Part shown: one piece after another, positions 1-12,929 of the stretch
Layout of the letters: each line of letters starts with the position of its first letter
Position numbering within the stretch: position 1 is the stretch's first letter
From: Mytilus edulis
Taxonomy: Eukaryota
DNA: 64,000 nucleotides
Assembly: GCF_963676685.1 (NCBI RefSeq)
Contig: NC_092348.1
Span: 8,556,001-8,620,000, forward strand
Direction: 5' to 3'
Notes under the pieces: model-generated
Told to the model about the DNA's origin: nothing
Database searches by the model: none
The model's input: only the letters and a program-made list of their open reading frames with translations
Program-made: the position numbers and the translations under genes

Positions 1-168
1 TATATAATGTTCCTGTTAAATTTGTTTTAAAAATAGAAAATTTTCACATCTTCATACATGTATCTAACATCTTTGTGTGTTCATACTGTAATGCTAAACT
101 ATGACAACATATGCATTTTTTTATAATAAGAAATGATGTTGATAACATATTACTGAATACAAACTTAC

Positions 169-3100
169 ACAGCTACAAGACATAGACAGATGGCAGGGTT
201 AGGGTTCCAGGCAATACATCTAGGGGTACCGGACACCTTTAATGTTTTCATACATCTCCCTGTTAATACCTCCCAAAACTTCACTGTTTCATCATCACAG
301 CCTGAAAAATATTCAAAACAAATTAATAGTGATCACTAAGGTAGTTTTAATACAATAGAACCTTCATAGCACCTGTTCTTAACTTGAAAGCTATAATTTA
401 ACTTAGTTGGTACCTGCATTGCTTAAACAACTTTTAACCCAGTATGTTGTATGACTAAGATGTAGATTTTCAGTTTAATATATTGAAATTGTAACTATAT
501 ACTAATTGATATTTCATATACAAATGTTTAGTTTCACTGCATTTTATAAATTTTTGTACGTCAAATCTACTAAGAAGTTAGTGTGAACAGTCATTATTGC
601 AAATGCTTAACCTATATATGTCTATTATAAGTTATATGTTTCGCTACTGACCCCCTACGGATCCATAGAGGGTCAGTAGTTAACCGTATAACGAATTTAT
701 CGCACACTGAACTTTTTCTGCTGCGTTATGTTGAAATATAAACAATGAAACACAACAACATTAATAGATGACGTCACCATTAACGCGTCATGAACCCCTA
801 TGAAATTTACTAATCCCCTACGGTCTCATAGGGGGTCACCACGTGACGTCTTTAAACCAATCACAACATGATAATTTACCCGCCATGCGATAAAGCTAGA
901 TGCCTTCCATTTGTTGGATTACTTCTCCTTTGACATTTCCTTATTTTCAGTATTTTTGAATAAAATATGTGGATCCCAGGTAAAAAGCTTATCCATCCTA
1001 ACTTTTCAGAGTACATTGATAATGAAGTAAAATATGAGACTGCAAATTAAAAAAAAATTTGTGTGCATTAATAACTGTGATTGTTGAACAAATGAACGTA
1101 CAACAAAAATGCATACACATTATGTTTTCAAAATTTAAAATGGGACTTTTTATTTTTGAAAAACCTATCATGTCACAAATTTGGCAGTAAAACAACATTG
1201 CAACTGTTCAGAATTTCCCGTAATAATGTTTATCTTACCTGAGGCTAACCATTGTCCTGTTGGGTCAGCAGATATACATCTAACAATATCTGTATGGCCT
1301 TTATAAATCTGAAAAAATATAATTTTGAATAAATGTGGTCAAATAATACTATTAGAACTGGGTCTTAGTATTTACTGTCAGTAACATTATCTTCAGTTAT
1401 CCAGACCATAACTGACCATGTGGTTTACTAATAAATAAAAAAAATGTCAAAAAAACATATTAAAATAACACTGGCTTTATATTTGACTGCCATTTTGATT
1501 AAGGTCAACATACCTGAAGCACAAGTAACTTTTAACTTTCAAAATTCAAAGTCAATATAAATAATCTATTGCCACTTTTCAGGCTAATAATAAATTCCAA
1601 TGCTTGTGATACCAACCAATTTTAGACTTGATATTTGGTGGTAATAAGTGTTGTGTATAAGTGTTCAAACATCTACTTGAGAAAAACAAAAGTTAAGATT
1701 GTAAAAAGAGCAAATTAAGTAATTTTTCCATTTATAAAAGGCCACAACTCAAGAACGGTGCAAGTGACACCACCCAAATTCTAAATCTAAAAGTGTCTGA
1801 TAGTTATCAGCATTGTGTAGATTTTTCATATCATTTGGCTAATTAAAATTAGAGAACAGAATCATATCTTGAAAGGATACTAAATATGATTTTCTGCTTC
1901 GGCATAAAGGTAAGTTTTTAAATTTAAATGAAGATATAGAATCAGTGATTCAAATATAATATTTTTCAAATGAATTAAATTGGATTGGACAGCTGGCTAG
2001 GCTAATATTGATTCATTAATACCGATTTTATGTATATTGATCACTGATAACTGAACCTAGCCATCATTGATAGAAGAGTGTTATAGATTCCAAGGGAGAG
2101 AACTCTTGATGACTTACAATAGCTTGCTGTGTAGGAAATGGTTGTAGATCTTTAGGTTTTGGCAGCTTGGGTATTAAATCTTCTGGATTAATGTTCATCT
2201 GTAAATAAAAATTATTCATGCCTTTCACTGTTGTATCATCAAAACAATAAAAGAGAGTTTACTGAATAATTATTTTTTGCATTTGCAAATATGATCAATG
2301 ACATATGCTTATATGATGTGCTACTTAACAGTTAGGATTCCTCGTACTTTGTAGAAGTTTCATGTTAATTATGTTTTAAAGTAAGAGAATAATTCTAAGG
2401 TATAGTTGTCAGAGATTTCAATGAGTTTTGAGAAAGAAATTACCAAATTTGTTTGTTTAAATTGTACAGTACTCTCCATTAGAAAAAATTCCAACCCCAA
2501 TGAAACTTATATTTCTTTTGAAAATAACAGTTTAACAAGAAGGTATCACATTTAAATATTATTTCACTGATCAACAAAATAATTTAGTTGTTTTAAAAAA
2601 AAGGAAATATTTTGTGGTATTGAAATCAATAACAGATTTATTGCTATTAACATAAAACATTAATCAACAGATTACTCCTTTGAATTATTCGATATTTATG
2701 TTTAGACTAAATACATTTCTTACTCTTGTTTGCTGTTGCCTTGGACATAAATATAAATCTAAACATCTTTCAAATCTTTCCTTAACAAAACTTGAGTATG
2801 CTGGTACTAGTCTTAAGCTGTCATATTTCTTTGGAATAAAATTCATTCTTCTTTCTTCTGGTTCTTGTGATAGCCATTGTTCTTCCTATTAAAAAAAAAG
2901 TTTTATAACATTTGGTTGAGGCCAAATAAAGTTAGAGAACAGAAACCAATTTTGGGACAGACGTACAAACAGACAGACAAGGGTGAAACTTAATGCCCCC
3001 TCAGTTACGGCGGGGACATACTAAAACATGTGCAGTCTCTTGTAGTAAATACATAGTTTTGGACAAACTTATCTTCAAAATATTATTATTACTGTACTGC

Positions 3101-6100
3101 TGTACGTGTAAAGAAGTCAGAAATAGGATCAAATAATTTTATTATATAATTACAAAGTCAAGAGTGTGTCTAAAGTTCAAATGTTTCGAATGTTCACAAA
3201 ATAATACATGTACTAGGTTGAGCAGTTGACAATGCACAATGCAATTAAAGTCGGCAGAACACATGTACGATAAATGTCTGCACCTTGTAAAATATTGTTA
3301 CCGTTCTCTATCTTGAGTTTTTTGTTGTAATGATTTGTTACCATTTTCTATCTTTAGTTTTTTGTTGTAATGATTTGTTACCATTCTCAATCTTCAGCTT
3401 TTTGTTGTAATGATTTGTTACCATTTTCTATCTTTAGTTTTTTGTTGTAATGATTTGTTACCATTCTCAATCTTTAGTTTTTTGTTGTAATGATTTGTTA
3501 CCATTTTCTATCTTTAGTTTTTTGTTGTAATGATTTGTTACCATTTTCTATCTTTAGTTTTTTGTTGTAATGATTTGTTACCATTTTCTATCTTTAGTTT
3601 TTTGTTGTAATGATTTGTTACCATTTTCTATCTTTAGTTTTTTGTTGTAATGATTTGTTACCATTTTCTATCTTTAGTTTTTTGTTGTAATGATTTGTTA
3701 CCATTCTCTATCTTTAGTTTTTTATTGTAATGATTTGTTACCATTTTCTATCTTTAGTTTTTTGTTGTAATGATTTGTTACCATTCTCTATCTTTAGTTT
3801 TTTGTTGTAATGATTTGTTACCATTCTCAATCTTTAGTTTTTTGTTGTAATGATTTGTTACCATTCTCAACCTTAGTTTTTTGTTGTAATGATTTGTTAC
3901 CATTCTCTATCGTTAGTTTTTTGTTGTAATGATTTGTTACCATTCTTTTGTCTTAAATTGACACTTAAGATGATTATACTGACCTCCTCCTTGGTAAATA
4001 AGTATTCTGGAGGTGGATTATAAGATTCCACATGACCTGGAAGTGTAGCTTTAGGTGCTGGAATATTCGCTCGATATCTCCTTGTGGCCTCATTCTAAAA
4101 ATATAATGTAAATATGCTAATTAAAATTTATGAATATTTAACAAAAGTGTAATTAATCCAAACATGACAAATTCATCATGTCTGAGGTAACATCAATTCT
4201 TCCCTCCCCCAATGATCAATCAATAATATGGGAATTACATAAACATTGATGTGATGGTTTGCCTAACACATATCAATGGCCCATCATAAATACTTCTTCC
4301 TGGGTTTTACTATGTTTAAAACATAAATCATGAAAATGTGTAAAAAATCAGGATACAAAAAATTTACTTGAAAAAGCAATCTTAAATAATAAGCTGTGAT
4401 ATCAAAATATTTAACACCCATGCCTCACTTTAACATTCTTCCCAAGGTGAGCCCAAAACGTTTGGAAATTTTCTATTTTCTTTTTAATACTTTCTTGAAA
4501 ACTGCCTCAATACATGATGAAGTAAGAACTAAAGAGGAGATAACTCCTACCTCCTCATCATCTTTCCACAACATATGGTATTTGGGCTCATCGTCTTCTT
4601 TTTCTTTTTTCTCTGTGCTTCTTTTCATCCATCCCATCTTTATTGCATGTACCATCTGACCAACCTACAAATATACATACATCTTATTAAGTCTAACCAT
4701 TATTTTAATTGAAGGTACAACTGTATTAGCATGGCATCCTGAACAATACAATAAACCACTGTTATCCATGTTCTGACGGCCTTGTAATACAGTTTCTAAA
4801 AATAGAGCCACTACATGATATATCGTTGTACATTAATTAATTTTTAAAATGGCAAGGTAAGATATTAATCTAAATCTGACTGATATTATCGTCTGTGGAT
4901 TCTAATATCATTGTCATGGATACCATTTTTGTGAAATGAGGAAAATAAGCATTTCATGGATATTTGATTTGTTGTAATTTGCCAAAGTCTGCATAGAAAA
5001 TGGATAGTTCCTTGATTTGTCTCCCCTAGAATAGTCATGAATCCACGTTCCTTGATTTGTCCCCCTAGAAAAGTAATGAATCCACGTTCCTTGATTTGTC
5101 CCCCTAGAATAGTAATGAATCCACGTTCCTTGATTTGTCCCCCTAGAATAGTAATGAATCCACGTTCCTTGATTTGTCCCCCTAGAATAGTAATGAATCC
5201 ACGTTCCTTGATTTGTCCCCCTAGAATAGTAATGAATCCACGTTCCTTGATTTGTCTCCCTAGAATAGTAATGAATCCACGTTCCTTGATTTGTCCCCCT
5301 AGAATAGTAATGAATCCACGTTCCTTGATTTGTCCCCCTAGAATAGTAATGAATCCACGTTCCTTGATTTGTCCCCCTAGAATAGTAATAAATCCACGTT
5401 CCTTGATTTGTCCCCTAGAATAGTAATGAATCCACGTTCCTTGATTCGTACCCCTAGAATAGTAATGAATCCACGTTCCTTGATTTTTGTCCCCCTAGAA
5501 TAGTAATGAATCCACGTTCCTTGATTTGTACCCCTAGAATAGTAATGAATCCACTTTCCTTGATTTGTCCCCCAGAATAGTAATGAATCCACGTTCCTTG
5601 ATTTGTCCCCCTAGAATAGTAATGAATCCACGTTCCTTGATTTGTACCCCTAGAATAGTAATGAATCCACGTTCCTTGATTTGTCCCCCTAGAATAGTAA
5701 TGAATCCACGTTCCTTGATTTGTACCCCTAGAATAGTAATGAATCCACGTTCCTTGATTTGTACCCCTAGAATAGTAATGAATCCACAGTAATCAGAAAA
5801 ACATGACTCATGAAAGTGATTAATGCTAAAATATATATGTATGACATACATGGTATGTAGGTATGATATAACTGGTAAACATCTATTAAATGCTTTCAAT
5901 AATACTTTAATTCAAAGTAAGAGTTGTTTCATAATCTAAAGTTTTGAAAGATTGGAAGGAAACTCTTGAAACTAGAATCACACAAAATATAAAATGTTGA
6001 AAATTCCACATGAATCTTGAAGATCTAACATGATGATCATGCATGACTTACCTATTGTTTACTGTTAGTTTATAGTTACCTTTAATTTTTCCCACTTCGA

Positions 6101-9100
6101 TGGAATAAAACTTCTTTTGTCAGCTGGTCTGTTGGTAACAGGATGTATCATTGTCTCATGTGTAAAGAAGTCAATCCATGGCTAAAAAAGAAAAAGTGTA
6201 TTTCAGTTGTCCATCAAACAAGGTAAACGTATTGACCAATAAGAGAAAAAAAAAATGTTTAGAAATAAATGATTACATCCATTCAAACTAGATACAATCA
6301 ATCTATTTGTATGTAAGGTTAGGATTTTGTTTTCATTTTCATTCTTTTGCTTTTAAGTTTGTGTTTTCCCCCTTGTTTTTCAACAATTTAATAATTTAAA
6401 TACATCACAAACTCTGAAATCAGGTGGCCTTCTTTCTCTTGATATTTATACCTCATATGTTTCCTTTGCTCCTCCAGGTGTCCTCTGTAACATGAGACCT
6501 TCTATCAGACTGACATCTTCCTTGGTCAGTAATACATTTTGTCCCGTCATTTTGTTTGTCACTGTTCTCCTAGGGTTAAAATTATATTGGATTATATATT
6601 AGTTTTATCAACATATTCTAAATATTTGATGTGTACAAGTTTACTATAACTATAACTATAAGCAAAAGTTTACATCTGCTGAAAACATTTCAATGCATGG
6701 CATTTGTTATCAAAACTAAACATCATATACATGTAATTCCCTACAGAACTAATTTGAGGGTTCATATTAAGTTATCTCCCCTTAATGGTTGTCAACCTCG
6801 CTGTTCACATTAAATGCAGGCCCAGTGTTGATCTATTTTTTTCTCTATTCCTTTAGAGAAATATAGAAAAAGCTTGATATAACTTTTTTCTTTTTTTATA
6901 AAGATAAACATCAATAGTTGTCACCTTCAGCTTTTAAATTCATACTGAAGAAAACATATAAGAGGGTGGTAAAGGGGGGTACTGAACACGGAAACACGTG
7001 AAATAAAAATCGCAAAAACGTAGCACGAAAAATAAAAATCGGGAAAAATGAAGCACGAGAAATAAAATCGTAAATATTAAGAAAAAAAGTACCAGCAGTT
7101 ATTACTCAGCCGTTCATTGTTAATGGACATAAAGACCTTGTGGTCACTTTTTAGGCTAGCCTATGCTACTTGCATCTGATTTGAAAAAAAAAATTATTAT
7201 GATGGACTCTATTACATGTATAGCATACATATACAATAGAAAGTAGAATGGTAACAATATACATCAATTTCCATTATATTACACGTCAAGTTTCAAAAGG
7301 TACTATAACTCACTGACTTTGAGTTAGTTCCAATTTACTTTTTAATAAAATGAGGAACAATGCAAGAACGAGAAATTAAGAGCACCGACACGAAACACGG
7401 AAAATAAATAAGGGGAAATACGAAGCACGCACATCGAACTAAGCACGAGAAAACGAGAAATAAAACACAAAAACACGAAAACACGTGAAATAAAAAGGCC
7501 GAAAACGTTGCACGAAAATAACCCTTTACCACCCTCATATAAATTTTACAGAAATAGGTACATTCCAATCTCTCCAGATCTCTTCTACATTGAATGAGAA
7601 AAAAACCATACACATCAATCTACTTTTAATGAACATGTTAATACAAACCAATAATCTGGATTATCCATTCTCTGTAGAAACTCATCCAGTTCATCTCCTT
7701 TTTTGGGTTTGATTAACTTTCTTCCCTCTACATCATAACCTATATGTGGATAGTCCCTATACCATTCCATTGGAATGTTACCCACGGTGTTACGGATATC
7801 CTGAAATATACAGCAAAAGTAAGTTTTTTTTTTCTAAACTCTAACTTATTTGTTAATCAACAAAGCACAAATTTTTTTGGTTTAAATTATTATGAACTTT
7901 ATTGTACAATTTACATGTTGACATATGGTGTAGACACCTGTATTGTGAAGACTACATGTTTTCCTCTTGACATATGGTGTATACACCTGTATTGTGAAGA
8001 CTACATGTTTTCCTCTTGACATATGGTGTAGACACCTGTATTGTGAAGACTACATGTTTTCCTCTTGACATATGGTGTAGACACCTGTATTGTGAAGACT
8101 ACATGTTTTCCTCAATACGTCTTGGATCACTGAGTAGCAGGGTTGCTGTCTCCTTTGGGTATAAACAACATCTTCATTTATCTATGAGAATATTCAACTG
8201 CATGATCACCTATTGTGTTTTGCTATCGTAAATATTGATAAATAAGTAGAAATAAGAATACTTTCCATTAAACAAACAATTATTTATATACTAATGATGT
8301 ACAAGAAATCATTTAACCAATCAAATAAGATGATAACATTAATACTTAAAATACTTTCCACCAATCAAAACACTTACCTCTTCATCAGAAGAATCATGAT
8401 AGTATTCGTCTTCCACTGTTTGAGATGTTGTTCGTGTATTATTTTTATCATTATATTTATTTTTAGCTGCCACATTAACAGTGTTTGTATCTTCTTCGTT
8501 CACATCTTTGTCTTCTGTATCATTGTCAATAACATTTTCTTTGTCACTTTCACTATTATCCCCATTCTCACTGTCTGATTTGTCATCGTTCTTTACTTCC
8601 TATTGAAAAATTATTTATTAAGTTACAAATCTATATCAGCAATTTTACATTTCAACCATTGTAAATAAAATTGAGAAAAACATATTTTTCATGTTTGTGA
8701 AACATTGATTTTTGTTGTGTCTTTCATTCTTTATGAACCTGTATTATTATTTGATGGCATTTATTTATAACCTGCATACCTGAACATAATTTGTTTGCGT
8801 ATGTAGGTATTTTTTTTAATGAGAGCTCGTAAGCCAATTATTGTGGTCAGACCATACTGATGGTAACTTGATTTTCAATATCTGTTTGAAGTTTTTCCTC
8901 AATCACAATACACAACAGGTCAATAATATTTGATATGTGGTTTTGTAGTTGTTTTGAGTAAGAATTTAACAATATTATGCATGTTCTGTATACATGTTTG
9001 ACAAATATCTTAAACTGTTATTTGACATTAATGAAAATGCATGCCTAAACTTTTTATGACCTAGAACCTTAACTGATGCATTGTCCTCTCTAGCCCAATA

Positions 9101-9572
9101 TAGAGGTGTACAATGCCTGGCTCATTTAAAATGTCCTTTTGTCAATGATTCATGTTGATAAAACTATATCCTTTAGTCTGAAACATTCAAATCTTTGATA
9201 CTTTTAACAAATTAAAGAGATATGAATTTCAATTCTTTAATACCCTAAACAGGTAGAAGAGATAATTCCTCGATACTGTAAACATGTAGAAGAGATATGA
9301 CAATCAATTCTTCAATACTCTAAACTGTAAACACATGGAAGACTAAGAGATATGACATTCAATTCTTGATACTCTGAACACGTAGAGGAAATAGTTCCTC
9401 GATACTGTAAAGATGTAGAAGAGATATGACATTCAATGTATATAAAGGTAGATATCTATACCTCATCATCTGATGTGTCTGGTTCTTCTTCTAGTCCTGA
9501 ATAAACACTTTCTTCTGAATCTGTTGTGTCACCATCTGATTCACTGGCTGATTTGTCATGAAACAAATCCAT
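169..9572 (-). CDS. BOP1: Ribosome biogenesis protein BOP1/ERB1 (PeBoW complex); multi-exon, 3' part continues beyond the left edge
   Basis: GT-AG exons in consistent phase, in transcript order: 9462-9572, 8378-8599, 7649-7800, 6452-6569, 6080-6181, 4551-4664, 3984-4094, 2724-2885, 2118-2198, 1239-1308, 169-301. Translation has BOP1 hallmarks: acidic N-terminus, [70 protein letters not shown] and WD40 [11 protein letters not shown]...[23 protein letters not shown]. The true start may lie in an upstream exon. Confidence 0.95.
640..895. mobile_element. Hairpin-containing non-autonomous repeat in a BOP1 intron
   Basis: Stem-loop ctactgaccc...gggtcagtag at 644-679, a related hairpin near 810-840, TGACGTCA at 769-776 and CCAATCA near 857. 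Similar layout to the elements at 18.1-18.4 kb and 57.2-57.5 kb. Confidence 0.45.
2900..3020 (+). mobile_element. Helentron/HINE-like 3'-end fragment
   Basis: Short (gaca)n tract followed by a GC-rich hairpin-like end (aatgccccctcagttacggcggggacata). Confidence 0.35.
3296..3946. repeat. Intronic minisatellite, 40-bp unit x ~16
   Basis: Near-identical head-to-tail copies of ccattttctatctttagttttttgttgtaatgatttgtta. Confidence 0.97.
4893..5789. mobile_element. MITE (ctgtggattc...gaatccacag termini) whose right end is tandemly amplified
   Basis: Inverted termini at 4893 and 5780-5789; body resembles the copies near 14925-15131, 17044-17250 and 45859-46040. Confidence 0.65.
5008..5787. repeat. 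Intronic minisatellite, 39-bp unit x ~20
   Basis: Unit ctagaatagtaatgaatccacgttccttgatttgtcccc; produces the spurious repetitive ORFs at 5037-5899. Confidence 0.97.
6962..7536. mobile_element. MITE with 15-bp TIR GAGGGTGGTAAAGGG (Sola-like GAG termini)
   Basis: gagggtggtaaaggg at 6962-6976 and ccctttaccaccctc at 7522-7536; flanks ataa/atat; internal cacgaaa/cacgtgaaataaaaa sub-repeats near both ends. Confidence 0.75.
7918..8113. repeat. Tandem repeat, 49-bp unit x 4
   Basis: ttgacatatggtgtagacacctgtattgtgaagactacatgttttcctc starting at 7918, 7967, 8016 and 8065. Confidence 0.95.
9215..9437. repeat. Degenerate tandem repeat in a BOP1 intron
   Basis: Recurrent agagatatga(c)attcaattct and gatactgtaaa-atgtagaaga blocks. 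Confidence 0.7.
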
Positions 9573-10276
9573 CTACAAGAAATAATTGGTTTTAATAAAT
9601 ATAAGACACTGGCTGTCATAATATTATGAATATAAATCCATATTAATAACATTGATAATGATCCCCAAATTTTCACAAATTTCATATGTGATAACTATTG
9701 GCTAAAATTGTCATGATCAAAACAGACCTATGGTTTAAATGTGACTTGGACGGAGAGAAGTCTCATTGGCACTCATACCACATCTTCCTATATCTATATA
9801 CAAGTAAATATGAAAAAAAGACTAAAATCAACACTGACCCTGTGACTCTATTCATGGCCCCTGGGCCCTCAGCAGCAGAATGTAAAAAAGGACCAATTAG
9901 GTAACATCATAAGTATATCAAACAAACAAGGGGTCTGTTTGTATAACTTTGTGAACAAGAAAGAGACAGAAAAGTATCAGCCATGACCGGTAATCAATAA
10001 AAAATAAGTGTGTAAAACTAGTCCAACATGTGCAGATGTGTATGGGTGCATCACTGTCAGTTAGCTACATTACAAAACATGAGTAAAGGATCTTTAACAC
10101 TTTAATATGTGTTTAAAAGATATGCCTTCCTCTTCATACACTTTTTTTAATCAATAATCAGACTCTTCAATAATTTTCTAAGTCTCATGACATGATGAAT
10201 GGTCTGTAACACAAATTACTTGATATTTTTACGAAATCTAAAATTTGAGATGTCTGTAAATATGTATTTCCATTAC

Positions 10277-10614
10277 CTTTAAATATTTTTACAGGATATG
10301 AGTCCTAAAGCCACAATATGACAAAGTATAGTCTAATACAAGCTGATAAAAAGTACAATCTTTTTCGATGTTTACATCTCATAACCGGAAACACGCTACA
10401 TGCAAAAACAAATGATATCTTTGAAATAATTTTCATGTCTTTCATCGATGAATATTCTCAGATGATAGGAATATAGGGATATATTGAAAAACAAAAAAAT
10501 AATTACATATATTTTAAAGACCTTTGTTATTCTTAAAACCAGAATACAGTATTATCATTTACATGGGTCTTATTTACCAAGGGAGAACACTCGGTAACAC
10601 ACACACCGGTAAGT
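10277..10614. promoter_or_regulatory. Putative bidirectional promoter and first non-coding exons of BOP1 (-) and IMPA (+)
   Basis: The genes are divergent. Minus-strand donor aag|gtaatg at 10276, plus-strand donor ccg|gtaagt at 10609, and ETS-like CCGGAA at 10385-10390 between them. Confidence 0.45.
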
Positions 10615-11095
10615 AAGAAAAACGTTTTTTATTAATCTTTATCTAGTCAGTCGAGTGGTTGTTAACTGGTTAAAAGTATTGTTTGGTTTAGTTAAAGGCT
10701 GTGATCCCTCACCCCATAAAAAAAACAAAAAATTGGATAAAAAATAAATGAATAAACAAACAGCAAGAAAGTCAAAATAGCACAAAAAAATTATAAATTT
10801 AAATGAATGTAAGAATGCCCTTCCGTCAGACGATAAATTTTCATTTCGGCTACTGTTAGCGTTAAATTTGTTAAAAATTTCACTGTGTCTCGCCAAAATT
10901 GTGATTCGTCAAAGGTTTCAAATTATTATTGTGAGTACTCAAAATCAGTTTATTTCTTGATCGTCTTTGAGAAAGTGTAATTTTTATCGTCATGCACTAA
11001 AAATTACCGTTAGCGTTACGACCCTCATTTATAAATTTAGACTTATCAAGTTGAGCATAAATAATTCCTAGTAGGGTTCTACATCTCTGTGAAGA

Positions 11096-11319
11096 ATAGG
11101 GCTCTTCACAGTTAGTTTGGCCATATTGGATAGAGGGCAGATTTTCATAATAGAGGTAAAAATAGTGTGAAAATACGGGAAAACATCATTAAAACAGAGC
11201 AGATGCTTGATAGCACACATAGGATTTCCCATACTTTCATACTATTCCCACCTCTTTCTAAAAAATCTGCCCCCTATCCAATATATGAATATGGCCTAAC
11301 TAACCGTGAAGAGCCCTAT
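11096..11319. mobile_element. Short foldback MITE
   Basis: atagggctcttcacagttagtttggccatatt versus aatatggcctaactaaccgtgaagagccctat, plus inner inverted ggatagagggcagatttt/aaaatctgccccctatcc. Confidence 0.8.
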
Positions 11320-11519
11320 AATTTGAAATGAGTGTCTGAAGATCAAAGGTGTTCATAGAGTAACCAATCGGAATAAAGAAATAGAAAACCCAGGATGTAA
11401 ATACTTATGTGAACCATCATACTGTACATGCTGTATACTCTGTCAGAGTCAGTCAATAAGTCAGTACATGAACAAATATATACAAATACTATTTATAAAA
11501 TTAAATTATCAATTAATAT

Positions 11520-12082
11520 AAAAAAAGAAGATGTGGTATGATTGCCAATGAGACAAGTGTCCACACGAGAACAAAATGACACAGACATTAACACCTATAT
11601 GTCACCGTACAGCCTTCAACAATGAGCAAAGCCCATACCGCATAGTCAGCTATAAAAGGCCCGATATGACAATGTAAAACAATTTAAACGAGAAAACTAA
11701 CGGCCTTATTTATATAAAAAATGAACGAAAAACAAATATTTAACACATAAACAAACGACAACCACTAAAATACAGCCTACAGGCTCCTGACTTGGGACAG
11801 GCACATACACAAATAATGTGGCAGGGTTAAACATGTTAGTGGGATCCCATCCCTCCCCCTAACCTGGGACAGTGGTATAACAGTACAACATAAGAACGAA
11901 CTATAAAAATCAGTTGAAAAAGGCTTAACTCATCAGATGGACAAACATACAAGTGGACGTGGCCGGGTACTTGTACATCCCGACAACAAAAAGACACTAG
12001 GAACAGATCTGAGAGTACTTGCAGTTATCTGACAGCTAGTTCAAAGCCACTAACAACTAATAAAAAAAAATCATGCATCTAA
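11520..12082 (+). repeat. Interspersed repeat, 'aagaagatgtggtatgattgccaatgagacaa' family
   Basis: The same head recurs near 24330, 30688 and 61268, and in reverse at about 33270-33492, 57057-57240 and 62075-62118. Confidence 0.8.
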
Positions 12083-12929
12083 GCTGTACTACATAAATAT
12101 AAATTTATTAAATATGAGTAAATCATCCTTAATACGGATAATTCAGCATGTGCTATACTGATGACGTTTTCCTGTCGATATAAATCAGGAGTTAATATTG
12201 CTTTTCAGACAGGTATAGTAGTGGGAGTCAGAAAGTGACCACTCTCCATCTGAGTCACAATTTGTAAAAGTTAACCTTTATAGGTCAAAGTACAACCTTC
12301 AACATGGAGACTTGGCTCACACAGAACAGCAAGCTGTGAGGGACCCCAAAAATAACTAGTGTAAAAAAAATTAAACCATTCAAACAGGAAAACCGATAGT
12401 CTAATCTACATGCATATAAAATGAAAAACAAGAAAAACACTTATGAACCACATCAACAAACAACAACCACTGAACATCAGGTTCTTTACTAGCCAGGTGC
12501 AAACAAATGCAGTGGGTTTAAATGTTTTTATAGGGAGCCAACCTTCACCCTAACCTTGTGTATTTATTTATAGTACTATCCAACATGTGTCCAAGGTTGC
12601 ACTAGCCTTTTAAAAAAAATGGATAAATGAACATATCAGTTTAGCATGTTTAGTTTTGATTGCAACACTCAGCATTGTTTTACTGGATGAACTTTCCTCC
12701 ATGGTTCATCTTTCATTTATGGAGCTCCATATGTACTAGTAAACTTTCCAACAAGGAAAATAATTTGTATTCAGTATTGTAATTTAAAAACTAGTTTCAG
12801 ACATATAGAAGTGAGATACATGTACAATGATGTCAAGAAGCCAAAATTGTGTGGAGATACATCATTAATCATGTTAATATGCAATACAACTGACTTAAAA
12901 AAAATTGTATATTTTTTTTATTGTAGAAT

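Noticed and set aside
1930-2080. Intronic C/D-box snoRNA in BOP1
   Set aside because: Only imperfect box motifs, with no terminal stem or recognisable rRNA guide.
3296-5899. Regular 39-40 bp repeats resembling CRISPR arrays, and repetitive ORFs ([13 protein letters not shown])n
   Set aside because: No unique spacers and no cas genes; these are eukaryotic introns. The ORFs arise because the 39-bp unit is a multiple of 3.
10100-10205. Extra BOP1 coding exon (MKRK followed by a GC donor)
   Set aside because: It needs a weak non-canonical donor and the frame otherwise stops quickly; it cannot be supported without transcripts.
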